This document shows, piece after piece, positions 12,321-25,200 of a DNA stretch of 64,000 bases. Numbering within the stretch: the first letter of the stretch is position 1; each line of letters begins with the position of its first letter. This DNA comes from Camelus dromedarius. Its lineage: Eukaryota. The notes under the pieces are model-generated. The model saw nothing but the letters and a program-made list of their open reading frames with translations, was not told the DNA's origin and searched no databases. Where the stretch lies: NCBI RefSeq assembly GCF_036321535.1, contig NC_087436.1, positions 33,544,001 to 33,608,000 on the forward strand. Direction: 5' to 3'. The position numbers and the translations under genes are program-made.

Positions 12321-15300
12321 ACGAGAGGTGCAATTCACAATAAAAGGTAAATGCACTCTGTCTAAGATGCAGCTGCTCCATAGATTTAATAACTTATCAC
12401 TGTAATAATGAGGTACCATGCTACCAGATTCTTTCAATTTTCACATAAATTAGAAAATGAATTTTTATAGGAAAACTAAAGATTTTCATTGTTGCCAACA
12501 AAGGTAAAATTGGAATCAGCACTGCCTGTCTACTCAATTCAGTGCAAATGCAACACATTTTTAAATCCCTCAGGCCACGGGTGTGCAACCTCTTTGATAG
12601 ATCATCCTTATATATATTTCAACCATATAAAGAATTTATTTGCTTCATTAAATAAATGAGAATTTTTTAAACCCCGTAAGTCCAGTGAATATTTAGTCCC
12701 TTAATCCGCCGTTTGTCATCTCTCTTCTAGATCATTAAATTTTTCTTCTACCATTCTTATAGAGTTCATATTGCTTCATTGAAGAAGTGGGAATTCTAAA
12801 AGTCCAGAGGTCCAGTGACTATTTACTGCCTGGTGATTTATATCATCTTACTCTACAGATTTTATAGGTTCACTTCTTACGGTACATGATAAATATGCTT
12901 TGTCTGAGCTATAGTTCTAGGATAAGCATCAGGTTGGGAGCCCCCAAAACGATTAAATCACCTCTCATATTTTTAATGACTACAGGGAGCTCATTATTCT
13001 GATTTTTACTGAAGGAGTGCGAATAGATGGAAGCTTTGGATATCATTTTCCTCCCTCCTCATTATATTTTGGAGATTTAAAAAGGTACATCCTTAGTCAT
13101 TGTAATTTGAGGCATTGTTTTTACAACACTGCTATGTCTCAAAGTCAGAATTCATTTTTAAGTTGTTTGATTGATTTAGCAGTGGCAATGAAGGCCAAGG
13201 ACTAAATAGCAAATAGAATAAACACTAAAGCTTGTCCAAGGTAAAGCTTACAAGCATACACAAAACAGTCTTAGTAATCTGAAAATCTAAAAGCAAACAG
13301 AAATTGTATTTTCTAATTAAGCAAGGCATAAATAATTAATAATTACTTCCAAAATATTTTACAGACTTTAAACAACATTTGTGATTCCTACTTGCATTAT
13401 TGTGTACATATAGGTATATTATGATAAATTTTGTCTAAAGGACAACTTTACTATTTACTCCCTAAATCTGTTTTGTCACACTGACTATATTTCTGGGAAG
13501 AATACAGCCATTATGATTCCACATAGTACAGACTTTCTATAGCTAAGAAGTTCTTTTGATAGTAACAGATGCATTTAGGAAAGCCCAGGGATTTGATAAA
13601 GGTCATACATGTCCTTACAGATTAGTAGTTCTATCATTAATTTTCTGGAAATCACCCATTCACATTTTTCTTTTCTTCCTGGCTTAACGATCTCCCCCAA
13701 TATAACAGTCCACAAAGAATACGAGGACAAGTAAATCATAGTGCAGTGGAGAAAGCTCTGGAATTTTATGTCAATTTTTTGTGTCTGAGTCAAATCTATG
13801 TCCCATTCAAGATTTTAGCAACAAATGTTTTCCTTATGTTAAGATGAAAGACACTGGAAAACTCATTAAGTTAAGTAACTATCTATAGAAAAAATCATTT
13901 AATTTTCTAATATCTTTATAAGCTTGATAACATATTAACATTAATATTAACATTTAACATCTGTGCACCTTTTTTAAACATTTGCCCACTTTTGTTAACA
14001 CTTGTAGAAAACAAACAACTACTCTTGTATTGATTTTAGTAATTTTAAAAACTAATTTAGTGAAAATAATATTAGTTTTGGCTGTATTTGAATGAATTTT
14101 TGGATATTAATGATAGTCTAGAAAAAAGTTATGTGTAATTTATAAGTTCAGAATATGTTGATTGGCAATATATCATCAAAAACTTCAATTAATTAAAAAA
14201 AGTATCAAAATTCAAAATTTATTGATTTTTGTTTTGACAAAAATAGATTTTTAAATTACTTATAAAATAGATTTTCATTTTCTCTGTAGTAGTATTGAAG
14301 CAGTAGTCTGATCTTTTTGTTGAAGTGGGCAGGGCATGAATAATTATTAACTGTTCAAGATTTTGTCAAAAAAATCCTGTCCATATTACAATCCATTTGA
14401 GCTTTTCAGTTAATCATAGTTACGGATCCTTTTAGAGATTCATTATAAAAATAAAACAAGCAAAGCTATATTTACAATAAAAAACAATCAGTTGGGTTTT
14501 ACACAGGATATTAGCATGTCAATAAACTTAAATGAATGTGTGTCATAAATTCATAGTGATAAAAATATCAGACACTTGATTATAGTTTATAGCACAGAGT
14601 TCATTCTAATATGGAGCCTCTGGAGGTAAATAATTCACATGTGACGTCTGATGCAACCTAACAAATACAGATTTTTTGTGAATCTCAGATTTTTATCCTA
14701 AAGAAATTAGAAGATTAGAAAATTAATGGCCCTATTTCTGACGCTGCCTCGGTCTAGTTTTAAGGTTTTCCATCATTCTACATGCGTCCCTTCTGGGCAA
14801 CAGAGTTAGAAGTTACTATTTTCCATTCTTCTTATAAAGGGACAGCTTTCTTCAGAATACTAATATTGGGAATGAAGCACTAATAAATGTAACTTTTACT
14901 CAAACTAGTAAAAGTAGTTTATAGAGATTCTTTCTCAAACTCCTCCTGGAACAGTGCGAAAATAAAACATGTACACATGCCAGGAAGCGTGGTAAACCTG
15001 TGAAAAAACTACCAATAAGCTAATCTTTACGTTAAGGAGATCCTGAAGAGAACACAGTATTTTCCCCAAAGCTGTCAGCCACCAAATTAGAAAGGACAAT
15101 ACACAATTAGATGATAACAAGACTCACAAATGAGAATTCAATTCATAAAATATTCTCCAGGCTGGTCCCACTTATAATAAAATAATAATGAAAATACAGG
15201 AGGAAAACAATTAAAAACCATCATTTTCATATATAACTCCTACAGCAGTGTTTACATAAATCATATCAGAAAGTCTGATAGTGTTTATGTGTGTGAGTGT

Positions 15301-17124
15301 GTGTTCTGTGTGTATGTTTGTGTCTGTGGATATGTTTATTTGAAGACTAAAACTTCTTTCAAAACACTTTAATATTTTATTATCAACGAAAGAGCTCATT
15401 TGAAGTATAAACTTGTGTAATTTGGGTTAATAACTTCTTCTATTGACAAAGGAACTCTACAATAAGCTGGTTATTTTCCTCACGTAGCAACTCAGAAAGA
15501 GCCATTGTTCAATGGGTTTATGGCCTTTGAGCATAGATAATTGATCATAAATCTTTAGGCGGCCCAGCTGGGTTTCCATATGACTGCAGAAAAGCACCAT
15601 ATGGCCCGTCGCACTCACAGGGATGCCCTGCACTCACAGGTTACAGATTGAAAATCTGTCACAGTATTAGGAAGCAAGCTGCTCTAGAACTAGTACAAAA
15701 ATAAATGGTATTCTCAGATAAAACAAAGAGGAACGTCTTCTTATTAATAAGCTGATGGCTATTTCTATAGTTCTCATACTTTTTTGGGGATAATGTCCAT
15801 TTAATTTAGGGTCCTGAACAACATAGAGTGGTCGTTTAATCAGGTCCCTAAACCTTGGAGGAAAGCACCATGGTGAGGTTTGGCTCAGTCCTAAAAGGAC
15901 CAGGGACATTGTTTGGAACTTATTGTCTCCCTTCCCTCCTTTCTTCTGCATGACATCATTTTTAGATTTTTGTTGCAATAATTGAAAATAATGGCTTCCC
16001 AGATAGCTCCTGACCATCTCATATCTTAAAGTTTCTCTACTACAAGATCTATTCTCCTTACTAGCTTTAGCACACACAATCCTATGGAGGATGATTATGT
16101 GTGCATCCTTAGGCCTGTGGCAAAAAAAAAAAAGCAAAAAACAGCCCCCACTATGCAGTGATGGTTAAAATGAAGGATATTGAGTTCTCCAAGATAAATG
16201 AATTGAGATTACCAAGGAGACTTAGTTGTTAGAAAGATGATGATGATTATGATCCATGTATCCAGTCACTTATTTATGTTAGCTAGGATTAATGGACAGT
16301 ATCAGCAAATAGTGTAAGAAATTATGATTATATTTAATACATAGTATAAACCAGGACAACAGAGGCCCTGCCCCAGGAGGAGTGTTTAAATAAGTCATGA
16401 CCAACCAGAACCCACGGATTCCCTTCTGGACCGTGTTCTAGGTACCCAGGACCTTAGAAGGCCTTGCTTGAATGGCCCAGACCCATGCTCCCAGTTCCTA
16501 TGTGAGCCTCTTCTTTGAGTCTCTCCTCCTGAGGACATACTGGTGTGTACACACTTCTGGGCCCAAAGAATGGCCAAGGAGAGGCTTCTTACAGAGACTG
16601 TTTAGAGCCTAAAAGTAACAGCTGGAATGCTCACACTGGTGAGCATGAAGTCCCTCCAGGAATAAGAAAAGGACAGTGATAGAAGACAGTGGGGGCAAGT
16701 TGTGGGCCAAAGACATGGAGCTGGGGTCCGGGTCTCTCCGGGCCAACACATTCAAGCACAGACACCTGAGAAGTGTGAGAACTTCAGATTTATCCTGGCC
16801 TTCCTGGTGGTTTGGAAGGCCGCCTTTTTATGGTAAAATACAGAACTAGTTTTGCTTGATAGTTCATTAGGTTGGATTAAATTTTTAGTAGTTCATTTAT
16901 GAACATCCAGTTTTACTCAAAGTTTAGGGTCTGAATGGAACCTACCCTTAACATGGGTGAACTGCTAATCTATATTCTAGTCTCCTCCTACATTTTATCA
17001 AAGTGATTACTTACCTAAGAAACTGATTAACACATTTAAATTTATTTATGTTGGAGAAAAGTTTTTATATTTAATTTAAAAAAAAATTTGGATCAGTGTT
17101 GGAGGAATTTATTGAGAATCAGCA

Positions 17125-17800
17125 GTGCTGAAAATAGAACAGAGATATACTAACCAAATGCAATACTTGAACCTTGATAAAAATCCTAGACTTAGAAGAA
17201 AGAAACAAGAAATTATTTTCAGGACAATCGCAGAAATTTAAATAGTGGCTATATATTAGATGGTATTTAATGGATGTTAATTTCTTAGATACGTGTGATA
17301 GTGCTATGGTTATATAGCAGAATGTCTTTTAAGTTTTTAAATTTTATCAGAGTTAAATTAGTATTAATCTAAAGTAGATTGTGAAAAGGTAAATAATGTA
17401 ATCCCTGGAGCAATCAATAATAACTGAAAATATATAACAAAAATCATCAGAGGTACATGAAAACATTTATTCAACTCAAAAGAGAATAGTAACTGAGAAA
17501 CAGAGGACCAAGACAAGAGACATATAGAAAGCAAATTACACAGTAGTAAATGTAAATGCAGCTAATAATTAATCAATAATTTGTTTAAGTGCGAGTGGTC
17601 TAAAGGAAAGTCAGAGATTGTCAGATTGAATAAGAAGGTAAAAACCTATTACATGCGGTCTATTGGAGACCCAACTTACGTTCAAAAACATAAGTGGGTT
17701 GAAAGTAGAAAGATGGGAAAATACATGCCATGCAAACATTATTAATAAGAGAGCTGGGATTGCCCAGTCAGTTGTACTAGCAATTGCTCTCATAACAGGA
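17125..17800 (+). mobile_element. Old L1M fragments (3'UTR piece and ORF2 N-terminal endonuclease)
   Basis: 'cagagattgtcagattgaataa' and 'aagatgggaaaatacatgccatgcaaacatt...gagagctgg' correspond to the L1 EN W-K-I-YHAN...KKAG region. Confidence 0.7.
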
Positions 17801-17924
17801 ACAGACAGATAAGAAAAACATTGATATTTGTGGATATAAAGGAGAGAAGCAAAGTTCTTACTTTCTCATGACTGTTTCTAAGCAAACATTTTTATTAAAA
17901 TGTTCTAAGCGTTGCTTAATCAAC

Positions 17925-18093
17925 TTTTTTAAATTGTGGTAAAAAACATAACATAAAATTTATCATCTTAACCATTCCTAAGTGTATACATTTTAGGATT
18001 GTTAAGTATATTCACATTGTTGTGCAAACAAACTCTAGAAATTTTTCATCTTGCAAAACAGCAGCTCTATACCTATTAAATAATAACTCCCTA
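17925..18093 (-). mobile_element. L1MB-like 3' end
   Basis: 'ttttaaattgtggtaaaaaacataacataaaatttatcatcttaaccatt...ttcacattgttgtgcaa' is a typical L1MB terminus. Confidence 0.8.
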
Positions 18094-18262
18094 TTAAAAC
18101 TAAGTTGTTTAGACCAATTTTTATTCCTTAGAGTACTGATATCTTATACATCATGTGAGAAACTTTAGTCATAATAGTTTTTCAAGTTAAAAATTATGGA
18201 ATAATAAAGTAGTAATCCTCTTAAAATTAACATAAATTCAAGGTAATTTTTCTCTCTGGTAT

Positions 18263-18745
18263 TTTTACCTAACCAAACTTGGGCCAGCTCACCTATAACG
18301 CAGTAAAGCCAACCTGTTGACCCTAGGTCATGGTAAAGCAAAGTGTTTGCTGCGAGCGGCAGTACACGGAGTCCAGGACAGCCAGTGCTCAAAAACTCCC
18401 CAGTGGGTCTGGGGAAAGCCTTTTAAAAGGCGAAGTGAGGGAGGGGAGTCCCAGGGTGTGTGATTAGCTCATGCACAATTCTCTGGTTGGTTGATGGCAA
18501 GGTGGTGTGACGGGGTTAACATTCTCAATCCTTATGCAGCAGTAGGTCTGGGGGCTGTGTGCTCATGGTCATCAAGTAGTTACTTTTTTCCACTTGGTGG
18601 TGGTTTTAGCATATGTAAAACAACCAGGAAGTGTGCGTCAGATACAGTTACCTCGGTTACCTTGGAACTTCAGAGAGGAGCTCAAGCAGAGGACATGGGG
18701 GAGGGTCTGTCCCAGGAATGCCCCATAGGGTCCTGCTGAGTTACA
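18263..18745 (-). mobile_element. ERV1-class solo LTR with 4-bp TSD
   Basis: 483-bp GC-rich block with ends 'ttttacc' (decayed TGTTACC) and 'gttaca'. It is flanked by gtat at 18259-18262 and 18746-18749. A 4-bp TSD is typical of class I ERVs. Confidence 0.8.
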
Positions 18746-20995
18746 GTATCTCTGGTTTAAAATCCATAGGAATCTATCTTGAAAAAGAAAAAGAAAAAGA
18801 AAAAAAGAGTTAATATGGAGTAATTTATGAACGTACATAACACCCAACTTATGATAAACAGAAGTCATTCATGACCTGTATTATTTAAGCAGCATGTTTT
18901 GATGACAGTCTGGATGGCAGGGCCCCTCACAGAGTGTCCCTGCATCCCTCTGACTCGACAGCTAGGCGTCGGGGCTCTGCACCAGGACACAACAGAAAAC
19001 GCGGCAAGTAGCTCATCTTGGAATTCAGCCATGAGTTTTTTGGTCACACTTTTATTGCCTTCCAGTTATTCCAGGCTTGCATGACGACCTGTGCAGGATC
19101 AGCATTTCCAGTCAATTCTGGGAATATCTTGTTCTTTGTTTTCCTTTGTTTTCAAGTATATAGAACTACTGCTCTGAGATTAACTTTTTTAGAGTAATTT
19201 AAAGCATGATTTTTTGCTTTCAAAATGAATGTATTTTCATCATATCAATTTACATTGAAAGAACATTATGTTTCATCAGGTAGATTCTTTCTTTTTTCTG
19301 TCCAAATATGAAATTCAATTCTCACATATTATAGGAATTATTAAACATGTTACATATATAGTGTACTGACATTAAAAATGACTGAAGCACATATGAATTC
19401 AAAACTGATCTATTTTTATAACATTGGAGATATAATACACTGATTTCCCCATGATAAATGCTTCACAATTTAATGGAAATTACTCTTACATTAAGATTGC
19501 TTTATGTTTAAATTTATATTTTTATAAATATTTAGTATTTATCATAACAAACACTTATAATGCTTATTATATGCAATCTACACTCCTAAGTGATTTATAT
19601 ATTTTAAATCATTCAACACAATTTGAAGGAAGAAATATTTCATGAAGGTTTAGAAAAATTTATCTATTAATGAAAACATCTCTTACTATGAGTATTTGAA
19701 GATCATGAGACTACTTAATATTCTGAATAATTCAGATACAGCTGAACAATTTTGATTTTCTATGATAAAATGTTTTTAAATCACAAATATATTCATTCAG
19801 GATTTTAGACACTGTTCATCACTTCGAAATGCCAACATATGTATTCAGTCATTCTCGGGAAAATATGAAACTAAGCACAAAACAACAGTGGCAGTACTTT
19901 TCTTAAACTGAAATTAGCATGGACTCTATATTTGTTTCATCCCTTTCTTGGTGTAGGATCTGACACAGAAGGATTGACTTCACAAATCTGGTTTAATTGA
20001 AACTTAACTCTCATTTTCCACAAAGGACATATAACATTTATGAATATCATGGCTACAAAAATATGTGATTTTTTTAATGCCTGCACGAAAGAAGGAAGCT
20101 AGTACCTTGATAATGGCATGCTTCATTATCTTTCACTGACCGAAGAATATTGAAAGAAAGTGGCACGTTTAACGATTTACATAAGGGTATTTTTGTAACC
20201 TTCAAATTTCCTTTAGTGTAAGTGAAAAGAATAGGCTGGTAATCCATGAATATTAGAACAGGGGCATAATTTGAATGATGTTCCCAGTGTCTAAAGGCAA
20301 TCCCTACAGACTGGCTGGGACCTTTGAAAAGAAGTTATATACCCTGTTTAAACAGAACTCACAGACTTCTAGGGTACAAGAGAAGAGATGATTAACAAGA
20401 ATAATCACCTTGGGAAAGTTGATTCCTCCAGTTAACTCAGGGTAAAATTAGGCACAGGAGAAAAGGAGTATGTTGTGTTTTAGTGGTTGCGGTTGACATT
20501 GTCACAAGAGTGCAACAGACTTGAGAAGAGTTATCCCCCAAATCCTGCTTTTCCGGAAAGAACCATAAACTCCTCTGGTAGTGCTCCCACTGTTTGTTTT
20601 GGATAAAGTGTAATTTTACCAGACTTCAATTGTGCAATACTCAGATTTTCCTTAGAGTGTGCCAGACTGAGAAGGCAAGGGGAATTGGGCACATGATTCT
20701 TAGCCACACCAGAGAGAAGACATTTAGGAAATTAGTTAAAAGTGACTCAAGCCAGCAGTTAATCATTTATCACACAAGATATACTGACCTGGAAATGTAT
20801 GTGACTTGAGGAATCTCAGTGTCATTCTGGTAGACTCAGACCACTTGACTGAGGAAAGAAAGCACCACAGTGTTGGGACACTGGTGATGAAGATGATGAA
20901 AGCTTCCTCTTACTTGCCAGACACTTGGAGTTACCAAATTCTATACTGTCTTTTATCCATGAAATCAAGAGAGCTTTGTGATAACAGGAAAATTG

Positions 20996-21590
20996 TGAGG
21001 TGAGAAGATGGCTGTCCCAGGTCTCAGTTGAGTCCCTGGGACATGCACTGCCAACTCTGGGTCCTTAGCTTTGTACAGGAAAGAATTCAAGGGTGAGCCA
21101 CAGTTGGGTAAATGTAGATTTATTCAGAGCGATACATACTCCGTAGACACTGTAGGCTGTTTCAGAAGGCAAGAGAAAGGCCAAGAGGTGTGGGGGTTGG
21201 GTGCTCAGTTTAAAGTAAAAGTAGATACACACTCCATGGACTGAGTGCGGGCTGTCTCGCTCAGAAGGGAGAGCTGTCACGAGGTGTGGTGTTGCTGGTT
21301 TTTATGGGCTTTGTAGCTTCATATGCTAAGAAGTAGGGAAATTATTCCAGCTACTTGGGGGAAGAGGCTGGGATTCTCAGGATCTGGGCTATCGCCAACC
21401 CTTTGACCTTTTGTGGTCAGCCTTAAAACTGTCCTGGCGCCTGTGGGAGTGCCATTTAGCAGCTATTGTATTTCAATGAGCGCATATTTAAGCTCAGGTC
21501 TAACTGGGAGTTGAATTATCTACCATCTTGGTGTTAATAGCTGTGTCATTCTTCTAGTGCTTGTGCCCTGCCCCCTTCCCTCTTGTCTCA
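20996..21590 (-). mobile_element. ERV1-class solo LTR (MER41-like architecture)
   Basis: TGAG...CTCA termini, flanks attg/tttg (4 bp, one mismatch), minus-strand AATAAA near 21120, and 'aggaaagaattcaagggtgagcc' U5-type motif. Confidence 0.75.
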
Positions 21591-22882
21591 TTTGGAAATG
21601 GAAATACATATATTGCTCTAACTGAGGTACCAAAGAATTGCCTTAAACTGTTGAAAGGTCTGTGGGTGGATAAGTGATGGAACTGATTTTCTTTATTTTC
21701 TGAAACCAGTTAGGAGCAGAGGATGATAAGCAGGTGTTACCTAGAGGGAGACAGACTTGGTTGCAATAAACCCCTCGCAACGTCTGTAACTATAAGAATG
21801 TTTCACTTCTGAACTCTGCATTTTCAAAGAATCTCATTGCTTCTTAAAGAAGCCAGTTGTACTGCTGAATTTTTGAAGGTTTTTCTTTACTTCAAGTCTG
21901 TTAGAACTCTAAATGGTTTTGTGATCTTAACCCTAGAAGCCTTTAACAACTGCATTGTGGGAGAGAGAGAAGAGCCACTGGATGGTAGTGCAGCTCTTAG
22001 GACAAAGGACTGTGTTCCTTCTTTAGCTTTCATGTTACTAGAGTGATTAGCTTTCATCAGACAACCAAAGTCCTCTTGACTGTCTCTTAGATGGGCCTTA
22101 CCCTCTTGACTTTAATCGTCTTTGACCTGTCTTCAGCCAGATTCAAATACACCGATATGGAGTGTTTCTCTGAACTGCACCTAGAATGACCTTGACTGTG
22201 GTGCACTAGCAAAATATTTCTCTTACACTGGACTGTCATTATGCCATTGACAATATCTTGTGCTATGTGTATGAAGAGCACAGGACAGCTGAGGAATACA
22301 TTCTAAATTTTCTACGTGAGGACTTATATCATGAAAAGTATATTTAAGCCCCCAAACAATTTTAGGTCATCTAGTGCTAGTCAAATTTTGTAGGCTAATT
22401 TTTAATTAAATTATATTTTTGGCCCAAATAATTAGGATATTTTAAATATTCTAGTAACAATGTAGTTTCCAAATAATTTACTATGTTGTTAAATAAGAAA
22501 AAATCATTTGTTTTCCTTTTCTCTAGTTTTTAATGAAACATGGTTATTTAAGATGAAATAATTTAATATCAACAACACATTATAAGAATGAAATAAAGGT
22601 GAGTAGCAGTGTATTCATGGTATTAATTCAGAGAGGCAGTTATTGCTACCGTAATCTAATGTGACTTACTTATTAATTTGTTTCTGTCATCTATAAAATT
22701 ACAAGAAAAGCATCTATACACACTGAAATAATAAACCTTCTCCTTATTAAAAAATCCAAGATTCAAAAATTAAATAAGTTTTTCTTACATTAAGGGAAAA
22801 TTATAAAATATAAACATTGATAAAAACTGCCCCAAATAACTCAGTCAGCATATTAGCATAGTACAGAATTCTCTTACTGTAT

Positions 22883-22884
<2 letters not shown>

Positions 22885-22912
<28 letters not shown>
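22885..22912. repeat. (TG)14 microsatellite
   Basis: Direct reading. Confidence 0.97.
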
Positions 22913-22915
<3 letters not shown>

Positions 22916-23177
22916 TTACAGTTGTCTCTGTTTAAGGAAATGCCTGAAACAAATGACCTTTATAATGTAATAATGATGTTGTAAGCAGCATACTTCAAAT
23001 TGTTGAGGTAACAGATCATAGGATATTTTCCCTCAGAAATGCTGGTTAATGTTGAGGTTGTCAGATTATTTATTTAGGGCTTACAGGCACAGTATCAACC
23101 TTATAAGCATTTGCATTCTGAGCCAAAGGCCATCAAATTAATTGCTCCATATTTTTGATACTCAGGAAATATTTTTA

Positions 23178-23255
23178 TAGTTAGTAAGTGACAAAGTCAG
23201 GATTCAAATCCAGGCAGGCTGGCTCCAGAGGCCACACTGTTAACCGTGATGCAGC
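23178..23255 (-). mobile_element. MIR SINE 5' part
   Basis: 'tagtaagtgacaaagtcaggattcaaatccaggcaggctggctccagaggcc' is the reverse complement of the MIR tRNA-derived head. Confidence 0.8.
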
Positions 23256-23959
23256 CTGGCTTCTTTAACTGCACTAAGGTAAACAGACCTGGAGCAATAT
23301 TCTGAAAAAGTTCTGTGGTCCTGGGACATTAAAGAATAGCAAGAAAAATGGGCATCAGAGAGAGCTTTGTGGATTACCAAAAAAAATGGGGAATAAGTAA
23401 TGGGTGAATAAAAACACTTTTAAATTCAGTTTTGGTGTTTTGTTAGTGAATTAAATCAGGGTCTATATTGTAGTTTAAAGATTCAAAATATTTATCAACA
23501 CCTTAAGAATTTGTTTCATTTAAAAACTATCTCCTAAATACTCCAAAATAAATATTTTGACCTGAGGTTCAAAAGATATGTGGAAACAATGGCTTGATAA
23601 TGAAAACTAGTCTTGTCATAGTGTTGATATTTCCTTTGGAATATTAAAAAGCCCATTTGTTCCATTTGGATTTATCTGTAGTTTATAAAAATAAAAAGTA
23701 AGTTAGATTTGCTTTATTTGATACATGCAACAAATAGTAATGAAACAAAAACATTTTAAATCGACTCTAATTCATCTCATAAATCATCTTTAACATAATA
23801 AGATTAGTAAAGAAGGAACACATAAGCACTAAGTACAGCTCAAGGCATGCTTTACTTTTAGTCCTAGGTAACTTCGTGAGTTCTATGTAGAGAGGTCATT
23901 TAGGAATCTCATAGTGTAAAATGAATTGAATGATTTACATATGGATATTTTTATTTTAT

Positions 23960-24710
23960 TTTATTATCAAATATGTGTTAGCTCTCTAATATATGCCAAA
24001 CACTATAAATACTAGGGATATGTGGGTTTCACACACCAGAATGGAAGGACACATATGACACAAATATACATTTAATTAGTTGTCAGAAAGAAGTACTGAG
24101 TTTTTTTAAACTACAGGCTTGAGGACCTAATGGAACCTGGGCAGGAAGTTTGTCATAGGAAGAGAAGGACCTGATGGGCACATGGAATGTAGCATTCTGG
24201 AAGGGTGAGGCCAAGAGCACTCTGTGCAGATGGAGAGGCTTGGAAAATGCCCTACAGTGCAACTGAGCTTGGGCGACTTGAGGGAATGAATCATTCTAGA
24301 TACCACGCCAGAGAATGATGCTAAGTACATTTAGAAGGGCAGATAGCAGTGAATCATTCGGGAATTTGACACATACTTGGAAATACGTAGGTTTTGTGTA
24401 AGAGCGGCTGAAGGATTTTAAGGTGTTGAAAGGGCATGACAAATACGCATCTTTAATAGCATTTTAATAAAGTACAGCAGATAGAATGAGATGAGTCCAA
24501 ATAAGTAATTAGAAATTTATTGGTGAAAAATGATAGCGACCCAGACTTGACAGGATGGATGGAAGTGGTTTGATAACTGAGATGTTTATAAGACATATGA
24601 AAGGTATTTAGAGTCTAGTGATAGATGAAACGTGGTGAGTGGTGAAGAAGAATGTTTGATACCCTGAGGTATTCAGGCGTGCTGTGCATACTGAGAAGGA
24701 TGCTAGTAAA
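23960..24710 (-). mobile_element. L2 LINE fragment
   Basis: Begins 'atcaaatatgtgttagctctctaatatatgccaaacact' and continues as purine-rich decayed L2 body. Confidence 0.55.
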
Positions 24711-24840
24711 GAGCCTATCACAGTTAATGGCCCATGAGAGACACTCAGAGAAAGTCAACTTTTTCTTTTTCTGCCTCTTTTTTCCGCTACATTTTACCTG
24801 ACACCTGCTTTATTTATCCAAGGTCTGGGTGAATGAATTA

Positions 24841-25200
24841 TTAGCAAATACAACGAGTACATAACACAGTTTTGTAAACTGTAGGCATTGTGTTGTACAG
24901 TAGATCTAGAACTGAAAGTTTGCTATAACTGAAAGTTTTCTACCCTTTGATGAAGACCTCCCTGATTCGCTACATGGGTAAACCTTCTGTTGAGTGCTTT
25001 TATCATACAGGCACACACACACACATTAATAATAGTAAAGGATGCAGGGAAAACTTTTGGAGGGAATGGATATGTTTATGGCATAGGTGTGGTGATGGTT
25101 TCAGAGGTCCACATTTACCTTCAAACTCAGTACATTGTGTACATTAAACATGTACAGCTTTTTGTATGTCAGTTATACCTCAATGAAACGGTTAAAAAAT
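24841..25200 (+). mobile_element. L1MA-like 3' end with inverted 5' segment
   Basis: 24841-24968 is antisense L1 3'UTR. 24977-25200 is sense L1 3'UTR ending 'tcagttatacctcaatgaaacggttaaaaaa'. Confidence 0.75.

Noticed and set aside
15667..16137. 156-aa minus-strand ORF
   Set aside because: Non-ATG start next to an A/T run, no recognisable domain and no supporting splice signals.
20080..20990. Unique moderately GC-balanced region with short ORFs (20594, 20806)
   Set aside because: Non-ATG starts, no recognisable homology and no paired splice sites.
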